Source of the DNA: an uncultured Gemmatimonadota bacterium
Lineage (GTDB): Bacteria; Gemmatimonadota; Gemmatimonadetes; Palauibacterales; Palauibacteraceae
Direction of reading: 5' to 3'
Assembly: GCA_964465015.1 (NCBI GenBank)
Contig: CAYXHP010000072.1
Span: 5,355 to 69,354, forward strand
Length of the DNA stretch: 64,000 bases
Shown here: positions 47,782 through 56,621 of the stretch, in pieces
How the letters are laid out: each line of letters begins with the position of its first letter
Position numbering within the stretch: position 1 is the first letter of the stretch
Made by a program: the position numbers and the translations under genes
The notes under the pieces: model-generated
Told to the model about the DNA's origin: nothing
The model's input: only the letters and a program-made list of their open reading frames with translations
The model's database searches: none

Positions 47782-48453
47782 TCAGCTCTCGGGGCCGCAG
47801 GAGCGCACCGAGCCCCCGAAGCGCTGGACCACCCGGCTCGCGCCGTCCGAGTCCAGCGGCCCGGCCACCACGCGCGTGAGACCGTCGGGCCCGGCTTCGG
47901 TGCGTGCCGACTCGCCTTCCTCCTCCAGGCGGGACACCATGGCGCGGGCGTTGCCCTCGTCGCGGTAGGCGCCCACCTGGACTTCCCGACAGGCCCTCGG
48001 CGGCGTACTCACCACGATCCTCACGCGCGCCGTGCCGTCGACCAGGAAGCCCAGCTTGCGGGCCGCGGCCCTGGAGACGTCCAGCACCCGGCCCTTCACG
48101 AAGGGACCGCGGTCGTTGACGCGCAGCTCGGCCCGGCGTCCGTTGTCCAGGTTGGTGACGTCGATCCAGGTCCCGAGCGGCAGCGTCCGGTGGGCCGCCG
48201 TAAGCGCGTTCATGTCGAAGGTCTCGCCCGAGGCGGTCGGGCGACCGTCGAACTGGTCTCCGTACCAGGACGCCAGCCCGGTCTGGCTCCAGCCCGGGTT
48301 CACGCTGGCCATCGCCGGCTCGGCCGACGCCGGCCCGGGCCCGAGCGAGGGCGGGCGGTTGCGGCCGGCGCAGGCGCCGGAGTAGCACAGCAGGACCAGC
48401 GCCCCGGCGCGCACGAGCCGGCGGGCGGTGGCGGATCTCGGGACGGCGTTCAT
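47782..48453 (-). CDS. rlpA: septal ring lytic transglycosylase RlpA (DPBB + SPOR domain) lipoprotein
   Basis: The real start is the ATG at 48453. The DPBB core is GLASWYGDQFDGRPTASGETFDMNALTAAHRTLPLGTWIDVTNLDNGRRAELRVNDRGPF. A C-terminal SPOR-like domain follows. The remainder of the 997-aa ORF is artefact. Confidence 0.8.
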   Translation of the reverse strand: MNAVPRSATARRLVRAGALVLLCYSGACAGRNRPPSLGPGPASAEPAMASVNPGWSQTGLASWYGDQFDGRPTASGETFDMNALTAAHRTLPLGTWIDVTNLDNGRRAELRVNDRGPFVKGRVLDVSRAAARKLGFLVDGTARVRIVVSTPPRACREVQVGAYRDEGNARAMVSRLEEEGESARTEAGPDGLTRVVAGPLDSDGASRVVQRFGGSVRSCGPES

Positions 48454-48624
48454 GACTGGATGAGAGTCCCGGACCGCTCCGGACGCAAGCCGGAGCCCCG
48501 CGACCGGAACGCTTCTTGACCCGTGGGGAACGGACCGGGCTGGCACCCGGCCCATTCGGGGGACATCCTTGGGGCGTCCCGGCTTCCGATCAGGCGACCA
48601 CCTCCACAGGAGAAGCCGACGAAC

Positions 48625-50943
48625 ATGGCGACGGCAGCGAATCTGGGCTTTCCTCGCATCGGCACGGAACGCGAGCTCAAGAAGGCAACCGAGGCCTACT
48701 GGCGCGGCGAGATCGCGGCCGACGCCCTGGCCGCGAGAGCAGCGGAGCTGCGGCGGCGAGCCTGGGGAGCTCAGCAGGCGGCGGGCATCGAGCACGTCCC
48801 CTCCAACGACTTCTCCTACTACGACCACGTTCTCGACACGGCCGCCCTGCTGGGCGCCATCCCGGAGCGGTACGGGTGGACCGGCGGGACGCTGGAGCTG
48901 GACCGCTACTTCGCCATGGCCAGGGGCTCGCAGACCGAGGAGCTCGACGTGCCGGCAATGGAGATGACCAAGTGGTTCGACACCAACTACCACTACATCG
49001 TCCCCGAGCTCAGCTCGGACCAGGAGTTCCGGATCTCCGGCTCGAAGCCCCTGGACGAGCTGGCCGAGGCGCGTGGGGCGGGAGTCGAGACCGTCCCGGT
49101 CCTCCTGGGACCGGTCAGCTTCCTCTTCCTTTCCAAGGCGAGCGAGGGCGTGGATCCGCTGGCGGACCTCCTGGATCCCCTCGTGGAGACCTACGCCGAG
49201 GTCCTCTCCGGCCTGGTCGGCGCCGGAGCCGACTGGATCCAGCTGGACGAGCCGTGCTTCGTCGAGGACCGGCGTCAGTCCGAGCGAAGCTCGCTCACGC
49301 GGGCTTACGCGTCGCTGGCCGAGGCCGTGCCGGACGCGCGCCTCCTCGTCCAGACCTACTTCGGCCACGTGGGGGACTGCTACGAGGCCCTGGTCGACCT
49401 TCCGGTGGCGGGAATCGGCCTGGACCTCGTCCGGGGCCGGGAGCGGCACCTGGGGCTCCTGGAGACCCGTGGCTTCCCCGACGACAAGGTGCTCCGGGCC
49501 GGCGTCGTGGACGGCCGTAACGTGTGGATCAACGACCTCGAGGGCTCGCTCGAGCTCCTGGAGCGCCTCGCCTCGCTCGTGGATCCGAGCCGCCTGCAGG
49601 TCTCGCCCTCCTGCTCCCTCCTGCACGTCCCGCTGGATGCCGCGCGCGAGACGGGGCTGGACGCGGAGCTCCGCTCGTGGCTGGCCTTCGCCCACCAGAA
49701 GCTGGGTGAGGTGGAGATCCTCACGCGTGGCCTGAACGAGGGGCGGGACGCGATCGGGCGCGAGCTGGCCTCGAACCGGAAGGCTCTGGAGAGCCGGGAG
49801 GGCTCCAGCCGTACCCGCCGGCCGGAAGTGCGGCGCCGGATGAAGGCGCTCGATCCGGATGCGGCCCGTCGGCCCGAGCCGTTCGGCCAGCGCAAAGCCG
49901 TGCAGACCGAGCGCCTGGGCCTCCCGGTGCTCCCGACCACGGTGATCGGCTCGTTTCCCCAGACGGGGGAGGTACGCTCGAAGCGCCGGGCGTTTCGCTC
50001 CGGTGACCTGGACCGCGAGGGGTACGAGAGCTTCCTCGAGGCGGAGATCGACCGCTGCGTGCGGGTCCAGGAGGAGGTCGGCCTGGACGTCCTGGTCCAC
50101 GGCGAGTTCGAGCGCAACGACATGGTCGAGTACTTCGGCGAGCTCATGGACGGCTATGCCTTCACCCGGAACGGCTGGGTGCAGTCCTACGGGAGCCGGT
50201 ACGTCAAGCCGCCCATCCTGTACGGCGACATCCACCGTCCCGGCCCCATCACGGTGCGCTGGTGGTCCTACGCCGCCTCCCGCACCGACCGGCCGCTCAA
50301 GGGGATGCTCACCGGACCGGTCACCATGCTGCAGTGGTCGTTCGTGCGGGACGACCAGCCGCGCCGGGAAACGTGCTACCAGCTGGCCCTGGCCGTGCGC
50401 GACGAGGTGGAGGACCTGCAGGCGGCGGGGACGCCCGTGATCCAGGTGGACGAGCCGGCGCTCCGCGAGGGGCTCCCGCTCCGCCGGGAGGGCCGTGACG
50501 ATTACCTGCGCTGGGCCGTGAACGCCTTCCGGATCGCCACGGCCACGGCGCGGCCCGACACGCAGATCCACACGCACATGTGCTATTCGGAGTTCAACGA
50601 CATCATCGAGCACATCGCCCGCATGGACGCCGACGTCCTCCTGATCGAGAACGCGCGCTCCGACGAGGAGCTGCTGGCCGTGTTCCGGGACTTCGACTAC
50701 GAGCGCGACATCGGTCCGGGCGTGTACGACATCCACTCGCCGCGGGTGCCGCCGGCCGAGGAGATGGCCGACCACATCCGGGACTCACTCACGGTGCTCC
50801 CGGCGGACCGGCTGTGGGTGAACCCCGACTGCGGGCTCAAGACCCGGCGCTGGGAGGAGGTCGTTCCGGCCCTGGCGAACATGGTCGAGGCGGCCCGGAC
50901 CGTCCGCGGCGAGCCGGGAGACGGGGCCGCCGGAGGAGCATGA
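48625..50943 (+). CDS. metE: cobalamin-independent methionine synthase
   Basis: Both URO-D-like halves are present. The N-terminal segment is ANLGFPRIGTERELKKATEAYW. The zinc ligands are IHTHMCYSEF and NPDCGLKTRRWEE. Confidence 0.9.
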   Translation: MATAANLGFPRIGTERELKKATEAYWRGEIAADALAARAAELRRRAWGAQQAAGIEHVPSNDFSYYDHVLDTAALLGAIPERYGWTGGTLELDRYFAMARGSQTEELDVPAMEMTKWFDTNYHYIVPELSSDQEFRISGSKPLDELAEARGAGVETVPVLLGPVSFLFLSKASEGVDPLADLLDPLVETYAEVLSGLVGAGADWIQLDEPCFVEDRRQSERSSLTRAYASLAEAVPDARLLVQTYFGHVGDCYEALVDLPVAGIGLDLVRGRERHLGLLETRGFPDDKVLRAGVVDGRNVWINDLEGSLELLERLASLVDPSRLQVSPSCSLLHVPLDAARETGLDAELRSWLAFAHQKLGEVEILTRGLNEGRDAIGRELASNRKALESREGSSRTRRPEVRRRMKALDPDAARRPEPFGQRKAVQTERLGLPVLPTTVIGSFPQTGEVRSKRRAFRSGDLDREGYESFLEAEIDRCVRVQEEVGLDVLVHGEFERNDMVEYFGELMDGYAFTRNGWVQSYGSRYVKPPILYGDIHRPGPITVRWWSYAASRTDRPLKGMLTGPVTMLQWSFVRDDQPRRETCYQLALAVRDEVEDLQAAGTPVIQVDEPALREGLPLRREGRDDYLRWAVNAFRIATATARPDTQIHTHMCYSEFNDIIEHIARMDADVLLIENARSDEELLAVFRDFDYERDIGPGVYDIHSPRVPPAEEMADHIRDSLTVLPADRLWVNPDCGLKTRRWEEVVPALANMVEAARTVRGEPGDGAAGGA

Positions 50944-52847
50944 GCGAGGGCCGCGGCCCGGCCGATCGGAACGCCGACCCCACGCCCCCGGACGTCGAGG
51001 GATCACCGCCGTCCGCCCGGCTGGACCGGCGGTCCGAGGAGGACGCGCAGCCCGGGATCGCCGGGGCCGGGGAGGCCCCCCATCCGCTGGGGATCGCCTA
51101 CCGCCTGAGCCTCCTCTCCATCCTGGTGGGGGTGGTGGCCGGCCTGGGCGCCGTGGCGTTCCGCGGCCTCATCGCCCTGTTCCACAACCTCTTCTTCCTG
51201 GGACGCCTCTCGTTCAGCTACGACGCCAACCAGCACACGGCGACGAGCCCCTGGGGGCCGCTGGTGATCCTCGCCCCCGTGGTGGGCGCCGCCATCGTCG
51301 TCTTCCTGGTCAAGAACTTCGCCCCGGAGGCGAAGGGCCACGGCGTGCCCGAGGTGATCGACGCCAACTACTACCACAAGGGGATCGTCCGGCCCATCGT
51401 CGCCCTCATCAAGTCCGTGGCCTCGGCGCTGTCGATCGGGAGCGGCGGCGCGGTGGGGCGGGAGGGCCCGATCATCCAGATCGGCGCGTCCTTCGGCTCC
51501 ACGCTCGGGCAAATCATCGAGATGCCCACCTGGCAGCGGATCACGCTGGTGGCGGCCGGCGCCGGCGGCGGGATCGCCGCCACGTTCAACACCCCGATCG
51601 GCGGGATCCTGTTCGCGATCGAGATCATGCTGCACGAGAGCAGCGTGCGGACGCTCGTGCCCGTGGGGATCGCGACCGTGACGGCCACCTACATCGGCCG
51701 GCTGTTCTTCGGACCCAACCCATCCTTCGTGATCCCGAGCCTGGTGAGCTCCTCCTTCAACCTCACCGACCCCAGAGCCCTGATCTCGTTCGTGGGCCTC
51801 GGCATCCTCATGGGCCTGGCCTCGGCTCTGTTCATCCGGTCGCTGTACTGGACCGAGGACGTGCTCCTCGATTGGATCCCCCGGAGCTACTATCTCCGCC
51901 ACGGTCTCAGCATGCTCGGGGTGGGGATCACGATGTATCTGTGCCTTCGCTCCCTGGGGCACTACTACGTGCAGGGTGTGGGTTACGCGACGATCCAGGA
52001 CATCCTCTCGGGCGGCCTGGGACCGATCCTGCTCCTGCTCCTCCTGTACGTCCTCAAGCTCATGGTCACCTCGGTGACGCTGGGCTCGGGGGCCTCGGGC
52101 GGCGTGTTCTCGCCAGCCCTGTACATGGGGGGCACTCTCGGAGCGGCGTATGGGCTGGCCCTCGGCCACTTCTTCCCGCCGCTCCGGGCCGTGGGTGCCC
52201 CCGGATTCGCCGTGGCCGGGATGGCGGGCGTCGTGGGCGGGACGACCGGCGCGGCCATGGCGGCCATCGTGATGATTTTCGAGATGACCCGCGACTACGG
52301 TGTCATCATCCCGATGGCGATCACGGTGGTGCTCAGCTACGGCGTCCGGGAGCTGTTCGTGGACCAGAGCATCTACACGCAGAAGTTGGCCCGGCGCGGC
52401 CATTTCGTGCCCCTCGCCCTCCAGGCCAACTTCCACTATCACCGGCGGGCCCGCGACATCATGGACACGAACGTCGTCACGGTCTCGCCCTCCACTCCCC
52501 TCGCGCATTTCCTGCGCTCGGTGCGCGAGATGGACACGGCCAGGCACTTTCTGGTAGGGAGCCCCGACCGGGTGTTCGGCGTAATCTCCAGGGACCGTGC
52601 GCTGGAGGCCGTGGCGGGAACCGAGCCGTGTCGAACCCCGCTCGATCTCGTCCGACGTGATTACATCGTGGTGAACGAGGACGACATCTTCTTCGACGTG
52701 CTCTCGCGCATGCACAGGGCGCACGTGCCGCTGGCTCTCGTGAAGACGCACAGCGCGGATCCCGCCCGCGGCACGGTTCTCGGCATCATCACGAAGGACG
52801 AGGTGGCGGATTCTCTGGAGTCCGCCGTCGACCTGTTCGCCGACTGA
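50940..52847 (+). CDS. ClC-family chloride channel/transporter with C-terminal CBS pair
   Basis: ATGA overlap with metE. The selectivity motifs are GSGGAVGREGP, GASFGS, GIFAP-like GVFSPAL and GTTGA. Two CBS domains lie at the C-terminus. Confidence 0.85.
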   Translation: MSEGRGPADRNADPTPPDVEGSPPSARLDRRSEEDAQPGIAGAGEAPHPLGIAYRLSLLSILVGVVAGLGAVAFRGLIALFHNLFFLGRLSFSYDANQHTATSPWGPLVILAPVVGAAIVVFLVKNFAPEAKGHGVPEVIDANYYHKGIVRPIVALIKSVASALSIGSGGAVGREGPIIQIGASFGSTLGQIIEMPTWQRITLVAAGAGGGIAATFNTPIGGILFAIEIMLHESSVRTLVPVGIATVTATYIGRLFFGPNPSFVIPSLVSSSFNLTDPRALISFVGLGILMGLASALFIRSLYWTEDVLLDWIPRSYYLRHGLSMLGVGITMYLCLRSLGHYYVQGVGYATIQDILSGGLGPILLLLLLYVLKLMVTSVTLGSGASGGVFSPALYMGGTLGAAYGLALGHFFPPLRAVGAPGFAVAGMAGVVGGTTGAAMAAIVMIFEMTRDYGVIIPMAITVVLSYGVRELFVDQSIYTQKLARRGHFVPLALQANFHYHRRARDIMDTNVVTVSPSTPLAHFLRSVREMDTARHFLVGSPDRVFGVISRDRALEAVAGTEPCRTPLDLVRRDYIVVNEDDIFFDVLSRMHRAHVPLALVKTHSADPARGTVLGIITKDEVADSLESAVDLFAD

Positions 52848-52937
52848 GACGCGGCGGGCGGTGCGGCCGGAGCGCCCACGGCGGTTCGGTCGACATGCCC
52901 GGCGCGAAGGCAGCGCTCGAGCAACGGAGATCGAGTC

Positions 52938-53333
52938 ATGAGGGACACGAGCTACGGCGCGCACAGGGAGCTCCCGGGCGTCGACTACGAGGAAGCCATC
53001 GTCCGGGTGGAGGCGGCGCTGGGCGCGGAGGGCTTCGGCGTCCTCACCCGGATCGACGTGAAGGAGACGCTCAAGAAGAAGCTGGACGTGGACTTCAGGC
53101 GCTACGTGATCCTGGGCGCCTGCAATCCACCGCTGGCCCACCGCGCGCTGAGCGCCGACGACGACATCGGGCTGCTCCTGCCCTGCAACGTCGTGGTCGC
53201 CGAGATGGAGGGCGGCGCCGAGGTGGCCTACGCGCGGCCCGAGGCGATGCTGGCCCTGGCGGACGTGCCCGAGCTGCAGTCGGTGGCCCGCGAGGCCGAG
53301 GAGCGGCTGGCGCGGGCGCTGGACAGCCTGTGA
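52938..53333 (+). CDS. DUF302-domain protein
   Basis: 131 aa. VRVEAALGAEGFGVLTRIDVKETLKK...ILGACNP is the DUF302 signature. Confidence 0.75.
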   Translation: MRDTSYGAHRELPGVDYEEAIVRVEAALGAEGFGVLTRIDVKETLKKKLDVDFRRYVILGACNPPLAHRALSADDDIGLLLPCNVVVAEMEGGAEVAYARPEAMLALADVPELQSVAREAEERLARALDSL

Positions 53334-53334
53334 G

Positions 53335-53730
53335 CTAGGGCAGCGGCCGCCGGGACTGGAGAGCGAGGACGTTCTCGTCCGGATCGCGGAAGAAGGCCAT
53401 CCAGAGCTCGTGGTCCTCGGCCCGGTGCACGCGGTGGGGCTCGCCGAGGAAGACCACGCCGCGCTCGCCCAGGACGCGGTACGCGGTGTCGATGTCGTCC
53501 ACCTCGAAGTACAGGACCGACGAGGCGTGATCGAAGTCCGGGCTCTCGGGAGCCGAGAGCATGAGCTGGAGGTCTCCGCACTGCAAGAAGGCCAGGCCGG
53601 GCGGCGCACGGAACAGGAGCGGGAGGCCGAGGGCGTCGCGGTAGAAGTCCACCGACGCGTCGAGGTCCCTCGCGCGCACCGCCACCTGGCCGATGCGACG
53701 GATGCCGAATGCCTCCGCCTGCTCGTTCAT
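53335..53730 (-). CDS. VOC/glyoxalase-family protein
   Basis: ATG at 53730 gives a 131-aa glyoxalase fold (IGQVAVRARDLDASVDFYRDALGL...). The upstream part of ORF 53335..54285 is artefact. Confidence 0.7.
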   Translation of the reverse strand: MNEQAEAFGIRRIGQVAVRARDLDASVDFYRDALGLPLLFRAPPGLAFLQCGDLQLMLSAPESPDFDHASSVLYFEVDDIDTAYRVLGERGVVFLGEPHRVHRAEDHELWMAFFRDPDENVLALQSRRPLP

Positions 53731-53794
53731 GGGCTCTCCTCGCCGGTTCTCGAAGGGACGGGTGCCGCTCGCCCGAACGGCGAGCTTGATTTCA

Positions 53795-53811
53795 TTAGTT
53801 GCTCTAACTAA
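53795..53811 (+). promoter_or_regulatory. perfect AT-rich palindrome TTAGTTGCTCTAACTAA in the divergent VOC-MarR intergenic region; candidate MarR operator
   Basis: The segment 'gatttcattagttgctctaactaaactagtgag' is a sharp AT island. The arms TTAGTT/AACTAA are reverse complements. An overlapping ACTAGT palindrome is also present. Confidence 0.5.
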
Positions 53812-53821
53812 ACTAGTGAGC

Positions 53822-54376
53822 ATGGAGAGCCCGTCAAGGGGAGCCGTGGGGGACGTGGAGGAAGCCGGCCGAACCAGCGCGGTCGGGGCCGTCGGAGCAG
53901 AGGCGACGGGACCGGGCCACGCCGAGATCGCCGCCCGGCTGCACGCCGCGGCCATCCGGCTACTCCGCCGGCTCCGCAGCCAGGATGCGGCGAGCGGCCT
54001 GAGCGGTCCGCGCCTCTCCGCCCTCTCGGTGCTGGTGTTCGGGGGACCGCGGAGCCTGGGCGAGCTGGCGGACGCCGAGCAGGTTACGGCCCCCAGCATG
54101 AGCCGCCTGGCCACGGCGCTCGAAGAGGCCGGCCTGGCGCGCCGGGGGCCCGATCCCGACGACGGCCGCCGGGTGCTGCTCCGCGCCACGGCCGCGGGCG
54201 AGCGGTTGCTGCAGGAAGGACGGCAGCGGCGCATCGGAGAGACGGAGCGGCTCCTGGGGTCGATCGAAGAGACGGACTGGGACATCCTGAGGCAGGCGAC
54301 CGGGATCCTCGAGGGGGTCCTCCGGGAGGAGGGATCCCGGAGGCGCGAGACAGGGACCGGTAGCCCGGGCGGCTGA
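53822..54376 (+). CDS. MarR-family transcriptional regulator
   Basis: The winged HTH is LGELADAEQVTAPSMSRLATALEEAGLARRGPDPDDGRRVLLRATAAGERLL. Confidence 0.75.
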   Translation: MESPSRGAVGDVEEAGRTSAVGAVGAEATGPGHAEIAARLHAAAIRLLRRLRSQDAASGLSGPRLSALSVLVFGGPRSLGELADAEQVTAPSMSRLATALEEAGLARRGPDPDDGRRVLLRATAAGERLLQEGRQRRIGETERLLGSIEETDWDILRQATGILEGVLREEGSRRRETGTGSPGG

Positions 54377-54435
54377 CGGGAGCAGCTACCGCGGGCCCGC
54401 CGGGGGCGAGCCCCGGCACCCTCCCCGGTGAACGA

Positions 54436-55641
54436 CTACATGCCGCCGGCGCGCACCGGCGCGGCGCTACGGCTCTGGACGCGACGGCCGACGCGGGCCT
54501 CCAGCGAGACGCGAACGCCCGGCGGTTCGTACGGGCAGAAGGGATCCTCCCCGAGCGGGTCGCCGGAAGCCGCGAAGGCCCGCGCGCGGCTGCCGCCGCA
54601 CACGAACCGGAACGGGCAGATCCCGCACTTGCCGTGCAGGGCCTCGGGGTCCCGCAGCGAGCGGAACAGGTCGCTGTCCCGGTAGAGCTCGACCAGCGAG
54701 CGCTCGCGGACGTTGCCGGCCGATAGCGCCAGGAAGCCGGATGGGAACACCTCGCCCGTGTGGCTGATGAACACGAACCCGTTGCCATCGCCGGTCGATC
54801 CGAGATCGGCCGCGGTCGGACCCGCGGGATCGGGGAGGCGTCCGCTGTTCCGGTCCTCGGCCTCGATCTCGCGACCGACGCGCCGGTAGAAGGGCGCCTC
54901 CACGGTCACCACCTTGAACGAGGCGCGGCGCTGGCGACGGTAGATCCAGCGCAGCAGGGCCTCGGTCTCCCGCGGCCCGAGCGGCTGGAGCACGGAGCCG
55001 CGGCCCACCGGCACGAGGAAGAAGAGCTCCCAGGCCACCGCTCCCAGCGACTCCACCAGATCGGCGATGCAGGCCATGTCGCCCGCGTTGCCGCTGGTAA
55101 CGGTGGTGTTGATCTGGATCGGGAGCCCCACCCGGCGCGCGGCCTCGGCCGCCCGCATCACCACGTCGAAGGAGCCGGGCTGGCCCCGGAAGGCGTCGTG
55201 GTCGGCGCTGCTGCATCCGTCCAGAGACAGCGCCATCCGGACCACGCCGGCGTCCTTCAGTCGGCCGATGAGCTCGTCCGTGAGCGACGGCGCGGGGGCC
55301 GGTGTGACCGCCATGTGGAGCCCGAGCTCGCGACCGTGGTCGAGGAGCTCGAACACGTCCGGACGCACCATCGGGTCGCCACCCGAGAGGACGACCACCG
55401 GAGGCCGAGGCGTGAACGCCGCCACCTGCCGCAGGACTTCGAAGGCCTCCGCGGTCGTCAGCTCGTCCGGGTGCGCGAACGGCTGGGCCTCGGCACGACA
55501 GTGCACGCACTTGAGCGGGCACGCCTGCGTCAGCTCCCAGGTGAGGACCACCGGTGCCTCCGCGTACGCGCGCCGCATGGCCCGGGGGCCACCCCCGGCG
55601 CGGTGCGGGTGTCCCCCCGCGTGTCCGATTCCCATCTCCAT
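54436..55641 (-). CDS. radical SAM / SPASM-domain enzyme, AhbD/NirJ-like
   Basis: The rSAM cluster is CPLKCVHC, preceded by LTWELTQA (WE.T..C.L.C.HC as in the NirJ/AhbC/AhbD family). The SPASM C-terminus is GKCGICPFRFVCGGSRARA...DPFCPY. The start is at MEMGIGH (RBS GGGGGAGAGAG) or at MRRAYAE (55578). Confidence 0.8.
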   Translation of the reverse strand: MEMGIGHAGGHPHRAGGGPRAMRRAYAEAPVVLTWELTQACPLKCVHCRAEAQPFAHPDELTTAEAFEVLRQVAAFTPRPPVVVLSGGDPMVRPDVFELLDHGRELGLHMAVTPAPAPSLTDELIGRLKDAGVVRMALSLDGCSSADHDAFRGQPGSFDVVMRAAEAARRVGLPIQINTTVTSGNAGDMACIADLVESLGAVAWELFFLVPVGRGSVLQPLGPRETEALLRWIYRRQRRASFKVVTVEAPFYRRVGREIEAEDRNSGRLPDPAGPTAADLGSTGDGNGFVFISHTGEVFPSGFLALSAGNVRERSLVELYRDSDLFRSLRDPEALHGKCGICPFRFVCGGSRARAFAASGDPLGEDPFCPYEPPGVRVSLEARVGRRVQSRSAAPVRAGGM

Positions 55642-55927
55642 AGTCGTCTCTCTCCCCCCGGCGAACGTCGAACATGCCTCGGACTTCGCACCCATAGTGG
55701 CTCGCACGGTGGCCGGGCCGGTATAGGAAGGTGGCCGACGGCGATCGTGGGGCAACGGCCCGGCCCCGTGTGGTGGGGATCCCACCGTCTCCGTAGGGAA
55801 GCACCCGACACCGGAACGGGAGACGTGGAACGGCGCGGCACCCACGATCGTTCCCATGGGGCCGGCACCGGGCGTGCGGCCCGACCGGGCCCGCGGGACC
55901 GTGGTGGACGAAGCGAGGAGATGAAGG

Positions 55928-56524
55928 ATGCGAAGGCGGACGTTCGTGGCCGGACTGGCCGGGATCGCGGCGGCCCCGCTGTTCCTGGGTGAATGGCTCG
56001 GGCTCGAACGCGATCCGGACGAAGGGGCCGGACGCGGCGCGGGGCCCGGGCTCCTGCGCGATGCGGCGGCCGGGGGCCGCTCCGACACGACGGGTGGCGA
56101 AGCCGTGCCCCCGCTTCGGAAGAGCCGCGAGGAGTGGAAACGGATCCTCGAGCCCGACGCCTACGCCGTCCTGTTCGAAGCGTACACCGAGCGCCCTTTC
56201 TCCAGTCCACTCGACCACGAGACGCGGGCCGGCACGTACGTGTGCGCGGCCTGCTTCCTGCCCCTGTTCTCCTCGGACACCAAGTACGACAGCGGTACCG
56301 GGTGGCCCAGCTTCTGGCGGCCGCTCGATGAGAGTCATCTGGCCACCAAGCCCGACTACCAGCTGGTCGTCCCGCGCACCGAGTACCACTGCGTGCGTTG
56401 CGGCGGCCACCAGGGGCACGTGTTCGACGACGGCCCGCCCCCCACCGGATTGCGCTACTGCAACAACGGCCTGGCGCTGCGCTTCGTACCGAAGGGCGAG
56501 GACCTCCCGGCCCTGCGCACCTGA
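55928..56524 (+). CDS. msrB: peptide-methionine (R)-S-oxide reductase MsrB with an N-terminal Tat-like signal and linker
   Basis: GAGGAG then ATG. MRRRTFVAGLAGIAAAPLFLG matches the RRxF pattern plus an h-region. The MsrB core has the catalytic Cys (GTGWPSFWRP...RYCNNGLALRF) and two CxxC zinc pairs. Confidence 0.85.
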   Translation: MRRRTFVAGLAGIAAAPLFLGEWLGLERDPDEGAGRGAGPGLLRDAAAGGRSDTTGGEAVPPLRKSREEWKRILEPDAYAVLFEAYTERPFSSPLDHETRAGTYVCAACFLPLFSSDTKYDSGTGWPSFWRPLDESHLATKPDYQLVVPRTEYHCVRCGGHQGHVFDDGPPPTGLRYCNNGLALRFVPKGEDLPALRT

Positions 56525-56621
56525 GCGCTCCCGTCCGAGGCGTCGGACTTGCGTTCGCTCTCCCGCGCGCAGATCTCGTGGGGAAAGCCGGCGAACCTCG
56601 AACTGGATCCCGGAGGAGAGG

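Noticed and set aside
48454-48624. Possible cobalamin or SAM riboswitch in front of metE
   Set aside because: The 171-nt leader is too short for a cobalamin riboswitch and lacks a recognisable B12 box (GCCACTG) and SAM-I conserved helices. It contains only a possible TTGACC -35-like hexamer. A covariance-model scan (the Rfam cobalamin and SAM riboswitch models) would settle it.
47782-50775. 997-aa minus-strand ORF, and similar very long ORFs (e.g. 57061..59832 -, 54467..56419 -, 20358..21923 -, 17583..19601 -)
   Set aside because: They are Arg/Pro/Gly/Ala-rich and low in complexity. They run antisense to, or off-frame from, clearly homologous genes (metE, argG, the radical SAM gene, the TolB-like gene). 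This is typical of stop-codon depletion in 70% GC DNA. Only the short in-frame segments with real homology were kept (rlpA 47782..48453).
55642-55856. About 100 in-frame codons upstream of the radical SAM start (MGTIVGAAPFHVSRSG…) as an N-terminal extension or precursor peptide
   Set aside because: Pro/Gly/Arg-rich, no conservation signal. A good RBS (GGGGGAGAGAG) sits right before MEMGIGH at 55641. It is treated as 5'-UTR.
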